This document shows, in pieces, positions 49,157 through 58,005 of a DNA stretch of 64,000 nucleotides. Below the pieces are notes generated by a model. The model was not told the DNA's origin. It saw only the letters and a program-made list of their open reading frames with translations, and made no database searches. Origin of the DNA: Desulfovibrio sp. (GTDB lineage: Bacteria > Desulfobacterota > Desulfovibrionia > Desulfovibrionales > Desulfovibrionaceae); the NCBI GenBank assembly GCA_031290615.1, contig JAITNF010000075.1, positions 5,845-69,844 of the forward strand, given 5' to 3'. The translations under genes and the position numbers were made by a program. Positions within the stretch are counted from its first letter, which is position 1, and every line of letters begins with the position of its first letter.

Positions 49157-49395
49157 ATGGAACGTTATATGGTGAACAACAATCTGGCAGATTACACCGT
49201 TGATCATAAGCATAAAAGATACACGGCACCTGATGGCATTGACGCCATAATAAACCGGATCACACATTTACCGGTTCAGAAATTTGCTGACTGCCAATGG
49301 GCTGCTGAAGAAGCTACTGGATAAAATCAACAGACCGTTCGAGAAGCAGAGTAAACTCGTTAAAAGCGATGTGTCCGTGGATGCCTCATCAGTTC
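49157..49395 (+). mobile_element. IS5-family transposase N-terminal remnant
   Basis: MERYMVNNNLADY...DGIDAII, then frameshifted LLKKLLDKINRPFEKQSKLVKSDVSVDASSV (first catalytic D region). Confidence 0.55.
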
Positions 49396-49407
49396 TGCCG
49401 CCCATCC

Positions 49408-49541
49408 CCGTACACGTCCTGTCAGCTTGGGGATTTGTACCCCGCTCACCAGTTCCGGGTTGGAGCGTCCAGTAATGAGGCCAATAAGGCGTCCACCGTC
49501 ATCCGGTCTATGCCTGCGGCTCCCTTGTTGGATACGCGTTT
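49408..49541 (-). mobile_element. Group II intron reverse transcriptase N-terminal remnant (second copy)
   Basis: KRVSNKGAAGIDRMTVDALLASLLD, frameshift, NPELVSGVQIPKLTGRVR. 23/26 nt identical to 44201-44226. Confidence 0.75.
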
Positions 49542-49959
49542 GGAGAGTTTTCATTTATAGACAGATAAAGCTATAGTCCGCATTTTTTTCAAAAATATGA
49601 GGTATTGTTAAAGCGTGCCAAAGCCGTAACGTAGCTTCAACAGCCTTGTCTGATTTGGAGACAACCTTGGTTTTCCCATCTCCGTCAGCATACGCGCTCG
49701 TTAGCTGGACGTGCCGCGGGCTTCAATGCCGATGCACGCGGTTGAAGCGGAGTGAAATGTTCTATCCCGGCTGAGTGTTTAATTTTTCTGTTTCCGGGAT
49801 CAAGGCCTTTACTGTCAGCCGAAAAAAACCAGAAAATATTCCTGACAATGTCCAAACTAGTATAGTGCTTTTTCTTTATGACCTGCCTCAATATTTGGCG
49901 GTTCTCACCGGATGACACCGTTTGCGTTAATAATAACCTGCCTTGTTGGTTAGATGGAG

Positions 49960-50437
49960 ACGGGTCTAGAACATCAATCAAACGCGGTCATTTCTGGCTG
50001 AACGAGGCATTGTCATCCAACAGAGCATACATAATTTTGAAAAGACTGTCTCCATGATTATCGCGGATCGCCGGGAAGGATTCGGCTGAATGTGTTAGAC
50101 CACCGGATATTGGCCTTGAAGGAAAGAAATCATTGGCAAACAAAATGCGCAAACAGCTTGGGCCGTGCTTGCCGAAGGCGTGCCGTTTGATCCCACAAAA
50201 GCCAAGCGCACAGGAGGAGGAACATAAAGGCAATAAGGAGGAATACGAGCCGAACGACCGACAGTCTCGGCATGCTTTCAGAGGCGCTGCACAGTGCGCT
50301 TGATCTGTCGGCGGCGATCACATATTTCACCGTGCGCTACGTATCGTTCCAGCCCGAACAATCACCCACCTACGGACATGGAAAAACGGGCCTAGAACAT
50401 CAATCAAACGCGGTCATTTCTGGCCGAACGAGGCATT
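49960..50437. repeat. Two 52-bp direct repeats (49960-50011 and 50386-50437, 2 mismatches) containing CTAGAACATCAATC; probable mobile-element end
   Basis: acggg(t/c)ctagaacatcaatcaaacgcggtcatttctggc(t/c)gaacgaggcatt. Confidence 0.9.
50100..50227 (+). mobile_element. IS110-family transposase C-terminal remnant
   Basis: LANK, frameshift, NAQTAWAVLAEGVPFDP, like the ALANKNARxAWAVL C-terminal motif. Confidence 0.5.
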
Positions 50438-50640
50438 AAAAATCTTTCGCCCCCTGAATGGATTGCTCAGGCAATACGGGGGAGAGCTTTACGTCAGTTT
50501 TCACTGCCGCATGCATCACTCCACCACAGTGGCGGAGGCTCTTACGACACGGCCTCCCGCCTGCAGGCGGCTCTCCACGGATTACGGATGCCGGATTTAC
50601 GATTGGATAACAATACGGTTTTTATTTGAAAATGGAACAA
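50257..50640 (+). pseudogene. Cation diffusion facilitator (FieF-like) pseudogene with the middle replaced by the 52-bp repeat
   Basis: TDSLGMLSEALHSALDLSAAITYF...TYGHGK stops at the CTAG of repeat copy 2. C-terminal dimerisation domain follows (GGELYVSFHCRM...VAEA..DTASRLQAAL). Confidence 0.7.
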
Positions 50641-50736
50641 ATTGATTGTTCCATAAATTTATTTGGTGTATTCTCCCAAAAAAAGAGCATAGCGCAGTTA
50701 TAACATAATTTTTCACACCCTTTTTAGGAGTATCCA

Positions 50737-51507
50737 TTGAGTGAAAATGTGAAGCACAATTTCGGCGAGTATCAAGCGGAATTCCTCGGCACATTTGTCT
50801 TTTTGCTGCTCGGCATGGGTTGTGTGGCCGGCCTGAAAGTTGCCGGGGCCAGTTACGGACAATGGGAAATCAGCATCATCTGGGGCATGGCCGTTGCATT
50901 GGCTATCTACCTCACTGCCGGAGTGTCGGGGGCGCACCTCAACCCGGCGGTGACTGTGGCCCTGTGGTTGTTCGCCTGTTTTGACAGACGCAAAGTTGTT
51001 CCTTTTATCAGCGCCCAAGTCCTGGGCGCTTTTTGTGCGGCCATAGTTGTCTATTTTCTCTACCACAATCTTTTCGCCGTCACCGACGGCGGCGCGAAAC
51101 TTGTCAACACCGCCAGCATTTTTTGCACTTTCCCCAATCCCGGAATTAGCATTGGGCAAGCCTTCATGACCGAGGTGGTGATAACCGCCACGCTCATGGC
51201 CGTGATCATGGCTTTGACCGATGATAGAAACGGAGTTCCCAAAGGCCCCATGGCTCCGCTGTTGATCGGCATTTTGGTGGCGACCATCGGCGGCTCTTTT
51301 GGTCCGCTGACCGGCTTTGCCATGAACCCCGCCCGTGACTTCGGCCCTCGTCTGTTCACCTTCATCGCGGGCTGGGGTTTCGATACCATGACAGGCGGCC
51401 TCTCCGTACCGTATTTCTTGGTGCCGATTCTCGCTCCAATCGTCGGCGCCGTTTTGGGAGCCTTTATATACAAACGTTGTATCGACAACAATCTTCCCTG
51501 CAACTGA
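50737..51507 (+). CDS. glpF: Glycerol uptake facilitator (aquaglyceroporin)
   Basis: AEFLGT, SGAHLNPAVT, IFCTFP, GPLTGFAMNPARDFGPR. Confidence 0.95.
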   Translation: MSENVKHNFGEYQAEFLGTFVFLLLGMGCVAGLKVAGASYGQWEISIIWGMAVALAIYLTAGVSGAHLNPAVTVALWLFACFDRRKVVPFISAQVLGAFCAAIVVYFLYHNLFAVTDGGAKLVNTASIFCTFPNPGISIGQAFMTEVVITATLMAVIMALTDDRNGVPKGPMAPLLIGILVATIGGSFGPLTGFAMNPARDFGPRLFTFIAGWGFDTMTGGLSVPYFLVPILAPIVGAVLGAFIYKRCIDNNLPCN

Positions 51508-51552
51508 AAACTGTAGGACGGATGCCGTCGGAATCAGCAAAAGGAATACGCT

Positions 51553-53058
51553 ATGGCCTCAGCAAAATATATCGCCGCTCTAGACCAGGGAACTACCAGT
51601 TCGCGTACGGTCATTCTGGATGAAAACGCCAACATCGTGAAGGTGTCCCAACGCGAATTTCCCCAGATATATCCTCAACCGGGCTGGGTGGAACATGACC
51701 CCATGCAGATATTGGCCACCCAGATGTCCACCCTTACCGAAGCCTTGACCGAGTGCGGCATCACCCCGGATCAAATCTCGGGGATCGGCATCACCAACCA
51801 GCGTGAAACAACAGTGGTCTGGAACAGGGAAACAGGCAAACCGGTCTACAACGCCATTGTCTGGCAATGCCGCCGTACGGCCGCCATCTGTGAAGAACTC
51901 AAAAAAAACGGCCTCAGCGACTATGTGCGAAAAAACACGGGGCTGCTCATTGATCCCTATTTTTCTGGCACCAAGATCAAGTGGATACTGGATAATGTTG
52001 ACGGCGCTAGGGGCAGGGCCGAACAGGGCGAACTGCTGTTCGGAACCATAGACTCCTGGCTTGTCTGGAACATGACCCAAGGGCTGGTTCACGTCACCGA
52101 CTACACCAATGCCTCGCGCACCATGCTGTTCAATATTCACAAGCTGTCGTGGGATGAAACTATTCTGAAGGCCCTCGGCATCCCGGTTTCCATGCTGCCG
52201 AAAGTCAAGTCGTCGTCAGAAGTGTACGGCCAAGCCAATATCGGCGGCAAAAGTGGTACCCGCATCCCCATTTGCGGCATCGCGGGTGACCAGCAAGCGG
52301 CTCTGTTCGGCCAGTTGTGCGTGCAGGACGGCATGGCCAAGAACACATACGGTACCGGCTGCTTCATGCTTATGAACACGGGCGAGACTGCCTTCATATC
52401 CAGACATGGGCTCATTACCACCCTTGCTTGCGGCTCCAGAGGCAAAGTCTGCTATGCTCTGGAAGGTTCAATTTTCGTGGCCGGGTCCGCCGTGCAGTGG
52501 CTTCGTGACGAACTCAAACTTGTGTCCGACGCCGGGGATACGGAATACTTCGCCACAAAAGTCGGTACCAGCAACGGCGTGTATGTGATCCCGGCCTTTA
52601 CCGGCCTCGGTGCGCCCTACTGGGATCCTTATGCCCGCGGGGCCATATTCGGCCTTACCCGTGGAGTGAACTCCAGCCACATCATCAGGGCCACCCTGGA
52701 ATCCATCGCCTATCAGACTAGGGACGTGCTTGAAGCCATGCAGGCCGATTCCGGCATTACCCTTCATGCCCTCAAAGTTGATGGAGGGGCTTGCGCCAAT
52801 AATCTCCTTATGCAATTCCAGGCCGACATTCTCGGGGCCAATGTAGAACGCCCGGCTGTTCTGGAAGTCACGGCGCTGGGGGCTGCTTTCCTTGCCGGAC
52901 TCGCCTCGGGTTTCTGGAACGACTTGTCAGAGGTGAAAAACCGCCTGACGGTGGAACGAATTTTTAAACCTTCCCCGAACAAGGCCAAACAGGAAGCGCG
53001 GTACAACGGCTGGAAAAAGGCCGTTTCCAAGGCGCTCAAGTGGATAGACGCGGAATAG
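51553..53058 (+). CDS. glpK: Glycerol kinase
   Basis: [60 protein letters not shown]. Confidence 0.98.
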   Translation: MASAKYIAALDQGTTSSRTVILDENANIVKVSQREFPQIYPQPGWVEHDPMQILATQMSTLTEALTECGITPDQISGIGITNQRETTVVWNRETGKPVYNAIVWQCRRTAAICEELKKNGLSDYVRKNTGLLIDPYFSGTKIKWILDNVDGARGRAEQGELLFGTIDSWLVWNMTQGLVHVTDYTNASRTMLFNIHKLSWDETILKALGIPVSMLPKVKSSSEVYGQANIGGKSGTRIPICGIAGDQQAALFGQLCVQDGMAKNTYGTGCFMLMNTGETAFISRHGLITTLACGSRGKVCYALEGSIFVAGSAVQWLRDELKLVSDAGDTEYFATKVGTSNGVYVIPAFTGLGAPYWDPYARGAIFGLTRGVNSSHIIRATLESIAYQTRDVLEAMQADSGITLHALKVDGGACANNLLMQFQADILGANVERPAVLEVTALGAAFLAGLASGFWNDLSEVKNRLTVERIFKPSPNKAKQEARYNGWKKAVSKALKWIDAE

Positions 53059-53288
53059 TGAAGACGACCTTCGGCATGAAGAGAAACGAGCCTCACCCGA
53101 AAAGAATTTTTCCGCCGTCTGAAGCGGCTCTCTGAAACCTGAATATTTTCAGGTGAAGTTTCAGGTGAAATGCTTCAAATTTAATTCGTCACAGGGACGG
53201 GAGGTGGAGACAATTCCGCTTTACGTCCTTCCACCCACATCAAGCCGGTTGTATTACTGTAAAAACGTACGCAATACAATACTCTGCC

Positions 53289-53416
53289 TAGATCATTTCA
53301 CGCTTGAGATACTTGCTTTACGGCAGGGTAAAAACAGCCTGCAAGCATTTCGCGGCAAGGATTTGCAAGCAAATCCTTGCCGCGCAGAGCAATTTTTTCA
53401 AAGTTAATCTGTTCTA
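53289..53416 (-). mobile_element. TA-flanked MITE copy B with a perfect 16-bp internal inverted repeat (53351-53384)
   Basis: Reverse complement begins tagaacagattaactttgaaaaaattgctc and ends aagtatctcaagcgtgaaatgatcta, matching copy A. Hairpin cgcggcaaggatttgc-aa-gcaaatccttgccgcg. Confidence 0.75.
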
Positions 53417-53589
53417 TCCTGGTATTTTTAAGATATTCTTTCTGACGGGGAGGCAGCAGTTTTAATACCATGACGGCCATGTCTTTGATTATATTTTTGA
53501 GGATATTAGATAATGTAGTCGTGAGACATGTAACAGTATAAAATAATTATCAATTTACTAAAATCGCTACGCCAAAAACAGTCAGTATT

Positions 53590-53875
53590 TTCAGTAATAA
53601 ACAGTTTTTTGCTATTCAGCCTATTACGCTGGCATTCACGTTCGGCCAGAGGCTTGCTGCGCATGCCTTTATTCATAATCCCATCCTTTGTACCCCTTGT
53701 CGATATATACTCTGTCCCGTTCCGGCATTCCGGCGTTCTCAAGAATCGAATCCAACTCTCTGGTATCTGATTAGTAACATGGCGCGACGACAACAAGCCG
53801 TGTCCGCGTCTGCGCCCATATGAACATTGTAGCCGCAAGACGCTTAATTCGGGCGACATCAGCATCATACGAATA
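53590..53875 (-). mobile_element. IS5-family transposase DDE-core remnant
   Basis: GYNVHMGADADT, DTRELDSILE...RVYIDKGY, DGIMNKGMRSKPLAERECQRNRLNSKK across frameshifts. Confidence 0.7.
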
Positions 53876-53909
53876 CTTCTTTGTGACAACGCAATTTGAG
53901 GGGGGGGGC

Positions 53910-54164
53910 AGAGAGCTGATTCATCCGGGTATGGGTCTTTCCTTGGGGAAGCCAACAAGTTCTAGATTCTCTCCCCTTCCGCGCCCGACAACATGCCTGG
54001 GCTGACTGATTTAAAATGCCCACGTACTTTATTCCCACGTCGGGGGAGCCTTTTTGGTCTGGGTATCTCTCGCCTTTCTCACCCACATTACGATACATTT
54101 CGTCCGCCTCAATTACGAAGTCCGACTCCAGGCCCCCGAGGAAAAAAACCAATTCTCTCGGCAC
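53910..54164 (-). mobile_element. IS1595-family transposase remnant
   Basis: FVIEADEMYRNVGEKGERYPD motif (EADEMYxNxGEKG). Confidence 0.55.
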
Positions 54165-54184
54165 CCATGACGAATACGTAACAA

Positions 54185-54705
54185 ATGCATATGTTCAATC
54201 CCTTGCTTGACCACAATTGCCACCTCCCCGCCTTTTTTGTGGACATAAGCCGCGCTAAAAATCACGAAAGGCGTATGGTAAAAAGTCTGTCCCTAGCTCA
54301 AGGCTCCATCGTGACACTTGACAACGGGTTACATCAATTACGAATTTTTGACCAACCATTTTCGACTGTCTACCAGGACCATCGCCGATATTTACAAAAA
54401 TCACTGGCAGATTAAGATTTTCTTTAGGGAAATCAAGCAAACTCCGCGTATAAAAAATTTGTCGGCACATCGAAAAACGTCGTTCATATTCAGATTTAAA
54501 CAGCCTAACCGTATACCCGCTACTGGTCTACCAGAAATTCCTGAATAAAATCGGCCTATCTGTGCAACAGCTTTTCCAGCTCATTACCCTTAATTTCATC
54601 GGAACCAGTTCCCTGGAAGCTGGAGGAACTCCTGAAATCACGAAGGCAAAAAATAGAAAAATCTTATAACCTCGTTAGAATGGACGACTTAGCCGGACAG
54701 CAATG
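54185..54705 (+). mobile_element. IS4-family transposase remnant with right end
   Basis: LLDHNCHLPAF, KSLSLAQGSIVTLD, YEFLTNHFRLSTRTIADIYKNHWQIKIFFREIKQ, YQKFLNKIGLSVQQLFQ; ends tagccggacagcaatg. Confidence 0.8.
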
Positions 54706-55179
54706 AAAAACATTTTCACGATTGATGAAACGACTCAAACTGTGGAATGTAAAAATTTTCTGCACAGATCATTGAAATATCTATCCAACTAAAATATCAA
54801 GAAATAAGCTGATTCAAAGCAAGCAAGAAACTATTGCGATTGAACGCAGCAATGCCGTCAGCGTCATTGGTTCGCCCATTTCAAGTGGACCACTGGTATT
54901 TTAAAATGCTTATACATGGTTGATCTGATGAAGAATCTTTTTGCAAGATTCTCTGTGAACTGGACAAGGAAAGATATAGCATCATTCTTTTAGCAATACT
55001 CTCCGTCGAAGAACCGAACATCTCGCGACCTACTACAAGCCACAACCTTAAGCCACAACCTTCTCAGTCAATTTTCACTAACATCGTATTTTCACAGGAT
55101 ATTTTTTTATCACAAAAAATATATAAAAACTTTGGCATGTATTATTGCGTAATTCCTGCATGTTTTTGATCGCTTACGC

Positions 55180-56001
55180 TCAGGCATTTACCCCGTCCTC
55201 GCTCTGCCATTTTTGCAGTGTTTGCCCGATAAAGTCACAAATGGCGGCGTGTTCTTCCTTCCCACGGTTTGTAATGCGGACAGGCTCGGCAAAACGGTAA
55301 CGTACCGTCAAATCCGGTCGAATTTTTCCCAGTTCCCTGATTTTTTTGCCCTGTCCCCAAGCATCTGTTTTGAGGGCCAGTGGTACGATCGGCACATTGG
55401 CCCACAAAGCCAGTTTAATACCGATTGTATTGAAATACCGCCAGTCAAAAATCGCTGACCGCGTGCTCTGCGGAAAAATGATGATGGAGATGCCCCGATC
55501 AAGGCGCTTTTTTCCTTCTTTCAGCACAACGGTCAGGTCATTGCGCGGGCTGATACGATTGACGACGACAGGTTCACGCGAGCGCATGACAGGGCCAAAA
55601 AACGGTACGGTGGTCAGACTTTTTTTGACCACAAAAGTCACAGGGCGGCGCGGCCTTATAATGCCCGGCAACATAAAAGTTTCAAGAGTGCTCATGTGAT
55701 TGGCGACAAAAAGGCAGGAGCCGTCAACCGCATTGATGGAGTCCATGCCCTGGATATCAATTTTTCCACCGATTTGCTCAACAAGTTCAGAAACTTCAAT
55801 ACTTGCTTGAGACCATGCCGCATCGTCGCACAGACCTTTGGCGGCAAGCGCGCAAAGCCGGAATACCGGGCCAAGGAAAAGCCGGCTGTAGAATGAAAGT
55901 GAAGGGAAAAAACAGGTGAAAAAGCCAGGTGAAAGGCCGGGACTTTGATAGAGGTTCCCTGTGAAAAATTTGTTGCCGAATTCAGATGTGACAGGTGTCA
56001 T
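55180..56001 (-). CDS. 1-acyl-sn-glycerol-3-phosphate acyltransferase (PlsC-like)
   Basis: VANHMSTLET (HxxxxD-like), FVVKKSL, IIIFPQSTR. Confidence 0.85.
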   Translation of the reverse strand: MTPVTSEFGNKFFTGNLYQSPGLSPGFFTCFFPSLSFYSRLFLGPVFRLCALAAKGLCDDAAWSQASIEVSELVEQIGGKIDIQGMDSINAVDGSCLFVANHMSTLETFMLPGIIRPRRPVTFVVKKSLTTVPFFGPVMRSREPVVVNRISPRNDLTVVLKEGKKRLDRGISIIIFPQSTRSAIFDWRYFNTIGIKLALWANVPIVPLALKTDAWGQGKKIRELGKIRPDLTVRYRFAEPVRITNRGKEEHAAICDFIGQTLQKWQSEDGVNA

Positions 56002-57227
56002 TTTGTCTCATCCGAAGAGGGTATTTTATAAATTTTGCGCCATCGTTGCGTCAGACGCGGTTCTTCTCCGTTGTTGCGCGCCTGGTAAAAACGCCTGCCT
56101 TTAAGCTCAGGTGGCAAATAGTTCTGCTGTATCCAGGAGTCAGGATAGTTATGTGGATATTTGTATTCCTTGCCGAAACCCCAGTTTTTTTGCATCTGTG
56201 TTGTGGCATTGCACAGGTACAGCGGAACCGGCTTGGCCCCGTTGAATTTGACCTCGCGCGCGGCGTTTAGGTAGGCGGCATAGGAGGAATTGCTTTTGTG
56301 CGCCAGCGCCAGGTAAACAACTGTTTCCGCCAGCGGAATAAAGCCTTCGGGCATGCCTACCATTTCCACAGCTTGCTGACACGCCACCGCGAGAGAAAGA
56401 GCCCTTGGATCAGCAAGGCCAACGTCTTCGGAGGCTGAAAGAATCAGGCGGCGGCAGACGAAACGCGGATCTTCGCTTCCCTCAAGCAGGCAGGCCAGAT
56501 AGTACAGAGCCGCATCGGGATCGCTGCCGCGTATGGATTTGATGAGCGCGGAGGCGAGTTCATAGTGACAGTCGCCGTCTTTGTCGTGACGGAGCAACAC
56601 TTCCGGTAAGAGATTTTCGATCTGCTCGGCAGTTATTTTATCTTGGGGGAGGGCGGCGACATATTCCACAAGATTGAGGAGTATCCGCGCATCGCCGTGA
56701 GAAACGTCGGCCAGGAGATCCAGCACATCTTCCGGAACCCCGGCCTGAATGTTTTCTGCGCCGCGCCGCGCAAGTTCCGCGAGTTCACTGTGCCCGAGCG
56801 GATGCAGACGCAACACATGCAGACGGGAAAGCAACTGGCGTGTAATGCTGAAAGAGGGATTTTCCGTTGTGGTGGCAAGAAGCGTCAATTCGCCGGATTC
56901 TACCAGCGGCAGAAAGAAATCCTGTTGCGCCTTGGAAAAACGGTGCAGTTCGTCCAGCACAAGAATTTCCATCCCGTCCAGGAAACGGCGCAAATGCTGT
57001 AACCCGGCTTCAGAAGCGCTTAATCGCAAGTATTTTTTATTGGCGGATTTTGCCAGCAAAAGAGCCAGGGTAGATTTCCCGCAGCCCGGCGGACCGAAAA
57101 ACAGAAGACTAGGCAGCCTATTGGCGTTGATGAGAGAACGTAGCCGATCGGACAGGTGCGCCTGACCCAAAAAGAGGGCAAGGTCATCAGGACGCATGCG
57201 TTCAGGCAGAGGTCGGTTTATCGTCAT
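55998..57227 (-). CDS. rarA: Replication-associated recombination protein A (MgsA/RarA AAA+ ATPase)
   Basis: PLPERMRP, GPPGCGKST, LDELHRFSKAQQD, ATTENPSF, LIKSIRGSDPDAA, SASEDVGLAD. Confidence 0.95.
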   Translation of the reverse strand: MTINRPLPERMRPDDLALFLGQAHLSDRLRSLINANRLPSLLFFGPPGCGKSTLALLLAKSANKKYLRLSASEAGLQHLRRFLDGMEILVLDELHRFSKAQQDFFLPLVESGELTLLATTTENPSFSITRQLLSRLHVLRLHPLGHSELAELARRGAENIQAGVPEDVLDLLADVSHGDARILLNLVEYVAALPQDKITAEQIENLLPEVLLRHDKDGDCHYELASALIKSIRGSDPDAALYYLACLLEGSEDPRFVCRRLILSASEDVGLADPRALSLAVACQQAVEMVGMPEGFIPLAETVVYLALAHKSNSSYAAYLNAAREVKFNGAKPVPLYLCNATTQMQKNWGFGKEYKYPHNYPDSWIQQNYLPPELKGRRFYQARNNGEEPRLTQRWRKIYKIPSSDETK

Positions 57228-57988
57228 TGTACCGTGTTTCCAGTGCTGAAGTCGTTCAGGTGGGATGCCCACAAGTGCAGCCCAAGACAAAGCGTCGCTG
57301 CAGTTTCACACTGCAGAATGCATGTTCCTAGGCTGCTGGCGATAAAACCGGCCGCAGTAATCGCAAAAAATTCTCTGGAGGAAAAGCCGCCTTCCGATCC
57401 GAAGTCATAGACGGTAAGCCACTGTGTATTGGCTGTCCACGGCGACAGCAGGGAGATATTATCCTGCCTTTCCCAGAGCAGGATACGCTGATCCGCCGGT
57501 GAAGCCAATTTCACAACATCGTCAATACCCCTGGACAGTAAACGCAGTTCCGGCAGCCAAGGATTTTTACACTGTTTGGCCCCGGCGATCATCTGTTCCT
57601 TCCAAGATTGCTCCGAGAAGGACGAAAGCTTGTTCTGGCTGTGATCAGCCTGCCATATCCAAATGGCGTCCGCGCCCAGTTCAACGGCTTTTTTCAGAAA
57701 AAAGCCGCGACGTACAGTTTTGCTCAGTGATAGAGCTAGGCCAGCACGAGCCTCGGGGCTGGAAAAAATCAGTTCTTCCAGGCGTTCCATCCGGACGTCT
57801 TGTTTATTGATGCCGTGAATGCCGAAGCGTCCGGCCCCCCCTCTTCCGAAGTACTTCAATGTTGCGGGCTCTTGTATCTCAAGTGAACACCACATGCTGA
57901 ACGCTATTCGCAGCTTACGGATGCTCGTCGCCTTGCGCTGGAGAAGCATTATTTTATTATCCACGCTGCCTGTCAGGCAAGACCACAT
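57224..57988 (-). pseudogene. rsmE: 16S rRNA m3U1498 methyltransferase RsmE, degenerate (eroded N-terminus, substituted conserved motifs)
   Basis: Recognisable core (RRGFFLKKAVELG, GAKQC, GSEGGFS, LGTCILQCETA), but EK is KK, GPEGG is GSEGG, LRxET is LQCET, and there is no HxxxVLR N-terminus. Confidence 0.55.
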
Positions 57989-58005
57989 TCCATCCGTAAA
58001 TTAAG

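Noticed and set aside
49408-49541. RT fragment as DGR or retron RT
   Set aside because: The NKGAxGID and PxxVxxVxIPK motifs point to group II intron proteins; no TR/VR or msr-msd structure seen.
34033-54687. 13-nt match ttagaatggacga at about 34033 and 54675
   Set aside because: Matches of this length are expected by chance in 64 kb, and the flanks do not align.
55037-55062. 13-bp tandem duplication aagccacaacctt x2 (also a 12-bp near-tandem at 53147-53170)
   Set aside because: Isolated slippage duplications in decayed intergenic DNA with no functional context.
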